From Patescibacteria group bacterium (GTDB lineage: Bacteria > Patescibacteriota > Microgenomatia > UBA1400 > PJMF01), in NCBI GenBank assembly GCA_016861085.1, contig BOKR01000001.1:3271-67270 (forward strand): DNA of 64,000 bases. The letters are read 5' to 3'. Shown here piece after piece: positions 29,701 through 37,694 of this stretch. Position 1 is the first letter of the stretch; each line of letters opens with the position of its first letter. The position numbers and the translations under genes were made by a program. Below the pieces are notes generated by a model that did not search any database, was not told the origin of the DNA, and worked only from the letters and a program-made list of their open reading frames with translations.

Positions 29701-29718
29701 ACCAATTCAAGTAATTAA
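23770..29718 (+). CDS. giant membrane-anchored fibre protein (1982 aa) with GIGTT repeats and C-terminal peptidase S74-like intramolecular chaperone domain; paralogue of 18080-23773
   Basis: ATGA start overlap with the previous ORF. N-terminal signal/TM. VEDEISENSLVFRLKIYFLEAIHGISAKFDTDVEVGND… paralogous to the 18080 gene. SDVRLKDVSGVSSKGLSDLMNINVYDYSFKADSNKRLHTGFLAQELYQIYPDAVT…QVDYGKLTPLIIKSIQDQQKQIESL is the S74 chaperone domain. Acidic C-terminal tail. Confidence 0.85.
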   Translation: MKKRTIFLLAFILTSAYFGVGSVNSWLRGTDTTGTVLGESDQPTSNGLVAQNGVSSGFGTSVGSDLPTAPVSTGVVKAVEDEISENSLVFRLKIYFLEAIHGISAKFDTDVEVGNDLTVGNDVIVNNDLEVGGDLIIGDTIITPDGITAENIIYSLTAGTGVSLSGTQDVTITNTDLGSSQNIFKNFKIGSNTISASSNDDTLTWTSGTGISLSNSGKTITISASGSDLNVSGWTDDGTAVRLTTSTDNVGIGTATPGYKLHVVGTSYFSGQATFAGGTVISSGIDNSSGGITNAGPITGATGLTSSGTITFSGLSTGIVHSNGSGVLSSSALNLAGGATEITGTLPTTNGGTGITSYATGDIIYSSATNTLTTLGIGSTNEVLTVAGGVPTWATITGGGGLCSNCLVNNPGSTQTITPAAATAIGLVIKQASSGSVDTFRVESNDGSSVYFKIDSSGNVTLGNQTSSGVFTVSPSNTDPISISPVAQGAGQFTGTITSEDLTAARTWTFPDATGSVCLTTGNCAGVGGQIGGSGTTNYIAKFSNSSNITTSLLYDDGNNVGLGTSSPVHLFQIMGAKIGKALTVLNETGDQAIFVASSSGTNRFIIQNDGNVGIGTSTPTSLFHVNGAVDFDSTFGVNGATTLGSTLDVTGLATFGGNVGIGTTTPTSALQVYGTDPQIRLTRNGGYTLTFDAFDGGGSPNIVSSGPSLKFLTSTSNNFLTTADNAFGTLNGHLGVAVTGLYVTGKGVNSYVTSAFRSANSNQTGDLIRMYDSSNDILGQFVPISTTDQRLRFVLYNTLETTVTNYERLTIYPDTTNSIFRIEAESGGTGTLRNLVLQGGGGNVGIASIAPGRTLDVVGTGRITDTGSTTPVLTIDQNDSSNNATTLRLEHGGGGENSRRIIEAISGGSEVFRLFPTGKIETIVNGGSTDYDAAIFNQTDTSTAHAGAALQLNHYGTGAGSSRVLTAFNAAGGSPSEIMFLQPDGTFYVRGNAGVGTTAPIGKLNVEGAAIGKALAILNETGDQAIFVASASGTNRFIIQNGGNVGIGSITPAANLHVYQESPTPNQIMFQVGTGAVATRFTVDEDGDGHFGGDVDFRTLLTGNGTVTGPSHSFVNDTNLGMYRYGTDTLSLATADADRLIIDASGNIGIGTTAPGTQLELYGNKIHIRLFDTFGSGAIIRETSDNLILQSQAGSIVGISGAADGTTSFQFQNSSNVSRFNVNDLGYVGIGVNATASVGSDTAAVNINGAKTGKALFGLNETGNQAIFAASASGTNRFLIQNDGNVGIGTTTVSSLFTISESNSATSLTTFDSTVRLQNLNSGDSTFSRIGFYDTTYLGGITFVNRGQYSSDIRFETRGGSVSNWPVTRMIVTDGGAIGVNHANPLSQLQVNAQSNTGNYILSDWNSTGNKIPAAIFSATNNGGSTPAAAEPTLVLGRKGVGGQSFDNIVDFKLRRYEVSSTEPRTALDIGLQHTNSATTTDVLTLLSNGNVGIGTSAPAHALEVNGNIAVEQFLYHRGDTDTFFRFGTNQWQVVAGGVQFFEFDGGATNVGAFNYNNLDVDFRIDGDTNDGVFFVDGALENIGIGTTVPGAKLHLITDAADYAAEIYNDGNATTRAGLLIQAGLDDQTAVGPSTLIQFNDGDGGAVGSITFGNSLTAYNTSSDVRLKDVSGVSSKGLSDLMNINVYDYSFKADSNKRLHTGFLAQELYQIYPDAVTAYLDDTNKYWQVDYGKLTPLIIKSIQDQQKQIESLALEIDATGKVISHGSKEVTPDESEATEALESSTIQDLSSHATISDLVWTFIQEVIFTVKTTFLASVEFVKDVTFRGSIKFSGDTVGKFVVPAGALRVEVPFDFAFSQAPTVYLSAQSQIIGGYSLESVSTSGFVLKFEVAQTSEKVFDWLAVLSSDENTATIKVLEESSTSLQSIDNVDQDGEVGGATTEGSTDTQEAVEETPNPEPEETTSQASSEAEASVSATNSSN

Positions 29719-29769
29719 ATTTCTCTTAACGTCACACTTTGTGTAAGGTTTCTAAAGTAAACTCTCGGT

Positions 29770-30435
29770 ATGTTTTACGGAAATGAGGAGCCTGTATCTA
29801 TAAGAGAATTTTTATCTCAGAAACCACTATGGATGTGGATTGTAATTTTTTTGCTAGTACTTTTTGGGTTATCTTTTGGTTGTTTTGGAATTTATCAGCT
29901 AGTAACCACAAACGAACAAGAAATTATCACAAGCAATGACATTCAATCTCAGGTATGTGAGCAATCAGCCGATTTTGGGCAGATCACGGTTTATATATCT
30001 GGTGCAGTTACTAATCCAGGAGTTTATATTCTGGAAACCGGTGACAGAATAGCTGATTTACTGAAAACAGCAGGTGGCATAAGTAAGGCAGCCGACACTG
30101 TATTTGTTAACAAACAATTTAATTTGGCCAAACGTTTGGAGGACGGCGAGCAAGTGTACATACCAACACGAGAAGAAGCAGAGGCACAGCTGTCAGCACA
30201 AAGTAGTTTCAGAAGCGAGGATAAAAAAACTGAAACAATCTCTACTGAAATAAATTATCCTATATCTATTAATTCTAGTCCTAAGAGTGTTTTAATGCAG
30301 TTATCGGGTATTGGTGAAGTTAGAGCAACAAAGATCATTGAGAATAGACCGTATAGTTCGGTGGATGAATTGGTTGAAAAAATGATTATTTCCCAATCGA
30401 TATTTGACGATAATAAAGAGAAAATTGCTTTATAA
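29770..30435 (+). CDS. comEA: competence protein ComEA (DNA receptor; SLBB plus helix-hairpin-helix)
   Basis: N-terminal TM. SLBB-like ITVYISGAVTNPGVYILETGDRIADLLKTAGG. C-terminal HhH …LMQLSGIGEVRATKIIENRPYSSVDEL. Confidence 0.85.
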   Translation: MFYGNEEPVSIREFLSQKPLWMWIVIFLLVLFGLSFGCFGIYQLVTTNEQEIITSNDIQSQVCEQSADFGQITVYISGAVTNPGVYILETGDRIADLLKTAGGISKAADTVFVNKQFNLAKRLEDGEQVYIPTREEAEAQLSAQSSFRSEDKKTETISTEINYPISINSSPKSVLMQLSGIGEVRATKIIENRPYSSVDELVEKMIISQSIFDDNKEKIAL

Positions 30436-30568
30436 ATTTTTCTTTACTAGCTAATAATTATGAGGACCTAACTATAGGACAATAAATCACAATGATTGTT
30501 GGTTGTGAGACTTCATAAACTTACTTGAAAAACCAAAAGATAGGCGAAAATACTATTTTAAGTTCAAA

Positions 30569-31942
30569 ATGTATCAAAATTACACGAATACTTATAATCT
30601 TAATCTTTGTATAAAAAGATTTCTTCTGATATCTTTATTTATAATAATATCGTTAAGAATTTTGCAACAATTATATTTTCGTACAAATTTTGATGAAGTG
30701 AGAAGTAATGGTCAGCTTGTTGAACAAGATGTTCTTGTCAAAGAGAATCAGAGTTTTAATGGTCATTGCATCGCCTGTGCTTCAGGTGTTGGCAATTATA
30801 GTGATATTGTAGTCAAAGTTTTTGAGAACGATGACCTGGGTTCTATTAGCGGTAAAACCAAAGTCTATGACAAAGATTTTTTTTTAAAAAAAAGGTTGAT
30901 ATATACAATTAATAATCAAAGATTAAAGGATTTTGTTTCGCTAGATGTTTGGAAAGCCAATTTTACCTCTTTTAAGAGGTGGTTGGTGGAGGCGATTGTA
31001 ACGCGTTTTAGAGTTGTTTATTACTCAAGTATATCAGATGTAGTCCTTGGCATGTTGCTTGGTGTTGAGGGGTCGGGCAACAGTAATGTTAGGCACTTAT
31101 TTAATGTTACAGGGACGCAGCATCTATTGGCAATATCAGGATTTAATCTCTCTTTTTTAGTTGCGGTTACTGGTAGGTTATACGCAAAATTTTTTTCGAA
31201 ATCAAGCATAATTTTTCTCAATCTTGTGATTATTAGCTTTTATGTTAGCCTGGTGGGGTTCTCTCCAGGCATATTTAGGGCATTTTGTATGTTTTTTATT
31301 TCATATCTAGCCTGGAGTCTTTGCCGTCAGAGAAGGGCTTTGTTTATTCTATTCTTAACTTTAATGTGTGCAATATTACTTGATTTATCAATACTTAGTT
31401 CCATTAGTTTTCAGCTTTCTTTTGTAGCTACAGCTGGTATTATTATGTTCTCGCGCATTTTTTCACTATCTCAATCTGCCATTGATAATTTTATTCTTTG
31501 TTTTCCTCGAGGAATGAGTTCAATTTTGAGGTATTTTTATGTTACTTTTATTGTTGGACTAGCAGCCCAGATTGCTGTTTTCCCTCTGGTAGTGCACTAT
31601 TTTGGTAAATTTAGTGTTATTGGAATTCTAGCTTCAGCTTTGGTTGGTTGGATGATACCAATTATTTTACAATTTGGAATTATTTTAGCGGTTGTGCAAT
31701 TTGTGCTCCCTTTTCAAATCTTTGTCGTTGCTTCAATTCCACTTTTTGTAATTGTCTCTTTTTTTCTTTTTCTACTTGGATTACTGAGTTTTGAACAATT
31801 TCTGATCCAAGTTCCCCAAATGAGTTCTTTCTTTGTTTTCATTGCTTATATCATAATTTTATTGATCTATGGCTCTATATTAATGATCAAAAGTATAAAT
31901 AATATAAAACAACATGACCAAATACATCATTTTTTCTTTTAG
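30569..31942 (+). CDS. comEC: ComEC/Rec2 DNA-uptake channel, N-terminal membrane (Competence) domain; split from the MBL domain
   Basis: Polytopic membrane protein. Competence-domain motif …FNVTGTQHLLAISGFNLSFLVAV… Ends 29 bp after the start of the next ORF, in a different frame. Confidence 0.75.
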   Translation: MYQNYTNTYNLNLCIKRFLLISLFIIISLRILQQLYFRTNFDEVRSNGQLVEQDVLVKENQSFNGHCIACASGVGNYSDIVVKVFENDDLGSISGKTKVYDKDFFLKKRLIYTINNQRLKDFVSLDVWKANFTSFKRWLVEAIVTRFRVVYYSSISDVVLGMLLGVEGSGNSNVRHLFNVTGTQHLLAISGFNLSFLVAVTGRLYAKFFSKSSIIFLNLVIISFYVSLVGFSPGIFRAFCMFFISYLAWSLCRQRRALFILFLTLMCAILLDLSILSSISFQLSFVATAGIIMFSRIFSLSQSAIDNFILCFPRGMSSILRYFYVTFIVGLAAQIAVFPLVVHYFGKFSVIGILASALVGWMIPIILQFGIILAVVQFVLPFQIFVVASIPLFVIVSFFLFLLGLLSFEQFLIQVPQMSSFFVFIAYIIILLIYGSILMIKSINNIKQHDQIHHFFF

Positions 31943-32843
31943 TATAGTGTTTTTTTTTGTAACTATCTCAAGTTGGTGGGAAAAACAGCTAAAAATAACG
32001 TTTTGTGATGTTGGACAAGGTGATGCAACACTAATTTCTGTGGGTAGTACGCAACTTTTAATAGATGCTGGTCCAAATCAAAAAGTTTTAACTTGTTTAG
32101 AAAACCAATTACCGTTTTGGGACAGAAAAATTGAGTTTTTCATACTAACGCACATGGATGCTGACCACATAGGGGGTGCACCTGAGGTGTTGTCATATTA
32201 TCAGGTTGATTATGTTTTTATGAACCCGTCTAATAAAAAAACGTCCGATTTTGCCCTCTTAGAAGAAGCCGTCTCGAGAAAAATGATGTCTGGAACTCGA
32301 AGACTTTACTCCTTTATAGGTCAAAGTATTGTTTTAGATAGTTTAGTTTCACTTACAGTGATCAACCCAAACTATGATTTTCCTCAAGTTATACAGCCAA
32401 TTTTTAGCCAGACCGAAGCAATGTTATCGGACGCAAATAGCCAAATTATTGAGGAAAAACTTGCAAAAATATCAGAAAATAACCTATCTATCGCACTATT
32501 ATTAACTTATAAAAAGGTGCGTATTATTCTGCCTGGAGACCTCGAGAAAGATGGTGAATTAGCAGTTATGCCAATAGGTCTGCCAGAGCAGATAAGTATT
32601 CTAAAAGCAGGGCATCACGGGTCAAAATCAAGTTCTACGCCTGGTTTTATTTCCTTGTTACGACCCGAAATTACAGTCATTAGTAGCGGTAAAAATAACG
32701 CATATGGTCATCCAAATCCTCAAGTGATCAATACTTTTAGAGATTTTGGTGTCAGTATTTACCAGACGAGTAACTCAGGAGATGTTACTTTCGTCTCAGA
32801 TGGATACCATTTTTGGGAAATAAAAAGGCATATCTTTTGGTAG
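31914..32843 (+). CDS. comEC: ComEC C-terminal metallo-beta-lactamase domain protein (separate ORF)
   Basis: N-terminal TM helix, then MBL motifs …FCDVGQGDATLI…LLIDAGP…ILTHMDADHIGG… and …GHHGS…. Confidence 0.75.
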   Translation: MTKYIIFSFSIVFFFVTISSWWEKQLKITFCDVGQGDATLISVGSTQLLIDAGPNQKVLTCLENQLPFWDRKIEFFILTHMDADHIGGAPEVLSYYQVDYVFMNPSNKKTSDFALLEEAVSRKMMSGTRRLYSFIGQSIVLDSLVSLTVINPNYDFPQVIQPIFSQTEAMLSDANSQIIEEKLAKISENNLSIALLLTYKKVRIILPGDLEKDGELAVMPIGLPEQISILKAGHHGSKSSSTPGFISLLRPEITVISSGKNNAYGHPNPQVINTFRDFGVSIYQTSNSGDVTFVSDGYHFWEIKRHIFW

Positions 32844-33357
32844 GTGCGTTGTTAAGTTGCGTATTACAGACTTTTTCATATTTTAAACTATTTTGCAAGT
32901 ACCAATCTTAGTTTCTAAGGCTTTTTTTACAATTTTTAACCTCAACTTTCTTCTTTTGATGTCGTGACACTCACCAAGTGACAAGACATGAAGTATGGGT
33001 TAACAGGTATGACCCGATTTTTGTATTTTGGCGATGGAAATCTTAAATCTCTGCTAAGATTCTAATGCCTAAGACCCTTATTTTTGCTGTTTATATTTAA
33101 GCCTTTTTCTGTATTTCCTATTAGTGGATCAAAAAATAGCTATTTACTCACAACCAAAATTAACACGAAACAGATTTGGCCATTTTTTATATTTGAGTAT
33201 AAAATAATAGTCATATTATACTATATTTTTAAGAAAAACTGAAGTCAAATTAGAACAAAAAAATTGTTCAAAAACATTCGTGCAATTTTCGTATTCTAGA
33301 TTTACGTTTTTTTATTGATCACAAGGAGGATGAAGTTGCTATTTAAGGAGAAAAAGC

Positions 33358-33386
33358 TTGCATCAAAACAAATTTTGGAATACAAT
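33358..33386 (+). promoter_or_regulatory. sigma70-like promoter of the argS leader (TTGCAT-17 nt-TACAAT)
   Basis: -35 TTGCAT (33358-33363), 17-nt spacer, -10 TACAAT (33381-33386); about 400 nt upstream of argS. Confidence 0.55.
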
Positions 33387-33392
33387 ACATGC

Positions 33393-33722
33393 TAAGCAAG
33401 CGTCACACCTAACTCGCAATTAGGAATCCTGGGTTGCATAATGTGAGTATCAAAATTGCGATACTGAACACAATTTGCATATTCAGAACGCCTTTGTCGG
33501 AAATGGCAAACGTATTGGTGAATCGTTATTTCACTAGACTTACTTTCAGGTTTATTATCACGATCTTTTGTGAAAAAAACAGGAAAGAGTTGCAAAGGTA
33601 TGAGTTAGAAATAATTCTTACACCAGAGGGTGGTACCGCTTTTTATTTTGATAACCATAGATTAAAAAGCCCCTTTTGTCTCTTGAGCACAAGTGTGCCT
33701 GAGGATAAAGGGGGCTTTTTTG
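33393..33722 (+). promoter_or_regulatory. T-box riboswitch leader of argS
   Basis: Conserved T-box sequence AGAGGGTGGTACCGC (33625-33640), followed by intrinsic terminator AAAGCCCC…GGGGGCTTTTTT (33666-33722). Long structured leader with a Stem-I-like hairpin 33440-33500. Downstream gene is an aaRS. Confidence 0.65.
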
Positions 33723-33781
33723 GAGTATTTGAGGCAAATGGGGTAGTATTAAATTAGTAAATCAAAATTAAGATAACCAGT

Positions 33782-35617
33782 ATGGAAATTACCAACATTT
33801 TAAAACAATCAATACTAGCAGCTCTCAAAGATATGAATATCTCTGCTACGGAATCAGAAGTCCTCATAGAATACCCAGCAGATCCTACCCATGGTGACTT
33901 TGCTTCAAATGTTGCGATGACACTCTTTGGAAGGCTGAAAAGAGAATCTGGTGCTGGTTTTCAATTCACCACACCCAGAGAATTCGCTCTTACAGTTACA
34001 GATAACTTGAACAACCAGAAAATTAGAGAAGTAAGCACCATAGCTGTGGCGGGTCCAGGATTCATTAACTTTACTATTTCTGACGCGTTTTTGCTGTCCA
34101 AAATGGGCTTGATTATCCAAAATCGGGGTAACGTCGTCGAACAGTTCGGAAACGGCAAAAAGATCGTTGCAGAGTACTCATCGCCAAACATTGCAAAACC
34201 ATTTACCGTTGGACATTTGCGATCCACAATTATCGGTGATTCGCTTGCAAATATTTTTGAGAGTTGTGGCTATACAGTGTTTAGAGATAACCACCTTGGG
34301 GACTGGGGAACACAGTTCGGCAAGCAAATTTATGCAATCAAGACTTGGGGTGACGAGGCTCAGATTGAAGCAGCTGAAAATCCGGTTAAAGAGTTGGTTA
34401 AATTGTATGTCAAATTCCATGAGGAAGCAGAGAAAGACCCAAGTATAGAAGATCAAGGCAGAGCTTGGTTTAAGAAACTTGAAAAAGGTGATGCTGAAGC
34501 CAGAAGACTTTGGGAGAAATGCATCAACTGGTCATGGAAAGAGTTTGAAAAAATTTATACAGTTCTCAATGTTTCTTTCACCGAAAATAACGGCCGTGGA
34601 TACGGAGAATCGTTCTTTGAAGACAAAATGGGCGCAGTTATTGCCGAGCTGAAAGACAAAGGCATTTTGCAGGAAAGCAAAGGCGCACAACTTGTGTTTT
34701 TTCCAGAAGATAAGTACCCGCCATTGATGATATTGAAAAATGATGGGTCAACACTTTACAGTACCAGAGATTTAGCAACAGATAAATTCAGGCTAGAAAA
34801 ATACGGCTCGGACATTGTGATTTTCAACGAGGTTGGATCCGAGCAAAGTTTGTATTTTCAGCAGTTGTTTGAGATCGAAAATATGCTGGGATGGTACAAG
34901 GATGGCCAAAGAGTGCATGTTGGACATGGCTTGATCAGATTTGCTGATAAGAAAATGTCTACTAGAAAAGGGAACGTTATCTGGCTAGAGGACGTTTTAA
35001 GCGAAGCATACAGCCGTGTTGAGACTATGAGCAAGGAGCTTGAAACAGACTCAATTTGGAAAATTGCTGTTGGGGCACTCAAGTGGAACGATTTAAAAAG
35101 AAAAATGAACTTACCAATGGTGTTTGACTGGGATGAATTGACAAACATTAAGGGTAATTCAGGTCCGTATATGCAGTACACCTTTGTTCGATGCCTCAGT
35201 GTGCTCAACAAAGCTCAAAATGAGGTGTTTCAATCGTTTTCAGCCGAGGAAAAATCTTTGAAAAGTGAGTTAGAGAATGACAATATCTTAAATACTATTA
35301 TTTTACATTATGATACATTGCTTAATAGTAAATCATATTTAAACCATAAATTAAACAAAGATGAAAAAGATGTATTGCGAAACCTTAATAAATATTCTGA
35401 TATAGTTAAGTCATCAGCGCTTGAATTTGCTCCACACCACATCGCAAACTATCTGTATGAGCTTGCACAAAGCTTTAATACGTTCTATGCGAATCATAAA
35501 ATTATTACTGAAGATTCAAAGGCCACAGATCTGCGATTGCTGTTAGTGGTGGCTGTAGCATATACAATTCAGCACGGTTTGGGGCTACTTGGAATTCGAA
35601 CTGTTGAAAAAATGTAG
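33782..35617 (+). CDS. argS: arginyl-tRNA synthetase
   Basis: N-terminal Arg-tRNA-binding domain. Class I HIGH-like SSPNIAKPFTVGHLRSTIIGD. DALK-type anticodon-binding C-terminus. 611 aa. Confidence 0.9.
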   Translation: MEITNILKQSILAALKDMNISATESEVLIEYPADPTHGDFASNVAMTLFGRLKRESGAGFQFTTPREFALTVTDNLNNQKIREVSTIAVAGPGFINFTISDAFLLSKMGLIIQNRGNVVEQFGNGKKIVAEYSSPNIAKPFTVGHLRSTIIGDSLANIFESCGYTVFRDNHLGDWGTQFGKQIYAIKTWGDEAQIEAAENPVKELVKLYVKFHEEAEKDPSIEDQGRAWFKKLEKGDAEARRLWEKCINWSWKEFEKIYTVLNVSFTENNGRGYGESFFEDKMGAVIAELKDKGILQESKGAQLVFFPEDKYPPLMILKNDGSTLYSTRDLATDKFRLEKYGSDIVIFNEVGSEQSLYFQQLFEIENMLGWYKDGQRVHVGHGLIRFADKKMSTRKGNVIWLEDVLSEAYSRVETMSKELETDSIWKIAVGALKWNDLKRKMNLPMVFDWDELTNIKGNSGPYMQYTFVRCLSVLNKAQNEVFQSFSAEEKSLKSELENDNILNTIILHYDTLLNSKSYLNHKLNKDEKDVLRNLNKYSDIVKSSALEFAPHHIANYLYELAQSFNTFYANHKIITEDSKATDLRLLLVVAVAYTIQHGLGLLGIRTVEKM

Positions 35618-35634
35618 GTAAAGCAACATTAGTG

Positions 35635-36270
35635 CTAAAGTTGCTTTAATTTACCTCGATACTCTTGAATTCTTTCCAAGTCTTTGGAAAAGAGACCGCT
35701 GTTTTTGGAAATAACTTTCCGTTGTCTTTTTAGGATTATATCGATAAATGTGACGAGTTGTTCAGAGTCTTTCTTTCTTTGAAGGTAGACTGAATGATGA
35801 GTATCAGCATTTGGTTTATCAAACTGTCCGAAGTTTTTTGCCATTTGAGATGCTCCAATGTTATTTTTTAATTGCTCAACTAAAACATGAATTGCTCTGG
35901 CAAATGTTGCTGCATTTTTGGCCAGAGGCATAATGTCAGAAATAGAAATCTTAAGCCAAGGAAGAATAATGCCATTAGTTTCTACAAAAATAAACTGTTT
36001 ACCAGTGACATTGGAGAGATTAGTCCAATCTTTTGTATGACCTCCGTTAATCCAGATTTGATTGTTATCTAAGCGAGGAATGGTGCTTGATGTGTAAACT
36101 TTTTGATCTGCTCCCTGGAGCATGGCATCAGCGGCTTCATTTGTTACATTCAGATTTGATACGAGTGACCGGCTTAGTGATTCTTTGCTTGAGCCCACAC
36201 TTTTTATCATATGTTCACTTTCCCAACGAGTGTCGCTGAAGTAAATAGTAAGAAGAACTATTATACACAT
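35635..36270 (-). CDS. hypothetical protein (211 aa; true start may be the internal Met at MIKSVG…)
   Basis: ORF only; no recognisable motif. Confidence 0.35.
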   Translation of the reverse strand: MCIIVLLTIYFSDTRWESEHMIKSVGSSKESLSRSLVSNLNVTNEAADAMLQGADQKVYTSSTIPRLDNNQIWINGGHTKDWTNLSNVTGKQFIFVETNGIILPWLKISISDIMPLAKNAATFARAIHVLVEQLKNNIGASQMAKNFGQFDKPNADTHHSVYLQRKKDSEQLVTFIDIILKRQRKVISKNSGLFSKDLERIQEYRGKLKQL

Positions 36271-36311
36271 TTATTACATATATCAAGAGCAGATTTTGAC
36301 TATGATTACTG

Positions 36312-37643
36312 TTGTTTTCGAGGTATAATGCCCCTATGCTGAATCACCTATACACGAAGCTTTCCTCAGGACTACAAGTTATTCGCGTGCCAATGCCCGA
36401 AGTCAAATCCGTCACAGTCCTTGCACTTGCAAATACTGGTTCAAGGTATGAAACCTCCAAAGAGCAGGGGATTGCACATTTTTTTGAGCACATCGTTTTT
36501 AAGGGAACAAAAAATTACCCAGACCCTCAAATTTTGGCTGGTACAATCGACGCAATTGGTGCAGACTTCAACGCATTTACGAGCAAAGAGTACACCGGGT
36601 ATTACGTCAAATCGGCTTCTGATCATTTAAAAACTTCTTTAGATGTCGTCTCTGACATGCTATTAGCTCCAAACATTCTCCAAGAAGATGTAGATCGTGA
36701 AAAAGGGGTGATCATTGAGGAAATTAATATGTATGAAGATACTCCAATGCGCCAGATTGGAAATATTTTTGAAGCATTGGTTTTTGATGGTTCCGGACTT
36801 GCACACGATATTATTGGTACAAAAGAAACAGTGAGTAATATTACAAGTGAGGATTTCAGAAGATTCTTAAAAAAGTGGTATGGATTAGGGAATTTAGTTC
36901 TGGTCATCTCCGGTGATGCAAGTGTTGTCAAATCAGATAAAACACTTGAATTGATCAAAAAATATTTTGGCAAAGATGCGGGGCAAAGAGATACCGAAAG
37001 AATAAACACTCAAGCCGCTTCACAAAAAGAACCAAAAATTTCATCAAAAAAGCTCTCAGTTACATACAAAAAAACAGAACAGGCACACCTTTGTATGGGT
37101 TGGCCTGGAATTGATCGAGAAGACAAGCGCCGTTATGCGTTATCTCTGTTAAGTACGGTACTTGGAGCAAACATGAGTTCAAGACTTTTTACTGAAGTCA
37201 GAGAAAAGCGAGGACTGTGTTACTACGTTCACTCAGACACTGATTTTTATCATAATACTGGTATTTTTGGGGCATCAGCTGGAGTTGATCCCAGTAGGAT
37301 AGAAGAGGCAATAGCAGTTATTCTTTCTGAATTTTACGGTGTAGTAGATGGTACAAAGCCAATCACACAAGAAGAGTTAAAGAAAGCTAAAGATTACATT
37401 TCTGGTTCGATGGTGTTAGATCTTGAAGATTCCAGAAGTGTTGCGCAATTTTTTGGGATGAAGAAGTTACTTTCAGATGAGATTAAATCTCCAACAGAGG
37501 TGTTAGAGAGATTTGAAAAAGTTACTTTAGAAGAGGTGCAAGCGGTTGCAAAAGACTTAATCAAACAAGGCGAATGCCGATTGGCAGTCATTGGCCCATA
37601 TAAATCTAAGGCCAAATTTAAAAAGTTACTTGGGTTAAAATAG
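36312..37643 (+). CDS. M16-family zinc peptidase (insulinase/pitrilysin-like)
   Basis: Inverted zinc-binding motif HFFEHIVFKGT (HxxEH) near the N-terminus. Two-domain M16 architecture. 443 aa. Confidence 0.8.
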   Translation: MFSRYNAPMLNHLYTKLSSGLQVIRVPMPEVKSVTVLALANTGSRYETSKEQGIAHFFEHIVFKGTKNYPDPQILAGTIDAIGADFNAFTSKEYTGYYVKSASDHLKTSLDVVSDMLLAPNILQEDVDREKGVIIEEINMYEDTPMRQIGNIFEALVFDGSGLAHDIIGTKETVSNITSEDFRRFLKKWYGLGNLVLVISGDASVVKSDKTLELIKKYFGKDAGQRDTERINTQAASQKEPKISSKKLSVTYKKTEQAHLCMGWPGIDREDKRRYALSLLSTVLGANMSSRLFTEVREKRGLCYYVHSDTDFYHNTGIFGASAGVDPSRIEEAIAVILSEFYGVVDGTKPITQEELKKAKDYISGSMVLDLEDSRSVAQFFGMKKLLSDEIKSPTEVLERFEKVTLEEVQAVAKDLIKQGECRLAVIGPYKSKAKFKKLLGLK

Positions 37644-37694
37644 TAGTTAGTTTGTACATATAATAGCAGTATTAGAAATAACGAAGGGAAACGT

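Noticed and set aside
18080-29718. Possibility that the tail-fibre-like genes mark a prophage
   Set aside because: There are no capsid, terminase, portal, integrase or other tail genes on either side. The flanks are an ATP synthase operon and comEA/comEC. Both proteins have signal-anchor N-termini typical of cellular surface proteins. The S74 domain alone is not evidence of a prophage.
33434-33757. 107-aa plus-strand ORF and 67-aa minus-strand ORF upstream of argS
   Set aside because: They overlap the T-box leader, including the conserved T-box sequence and terminator. The region is better explained as structured regulatory RNA.
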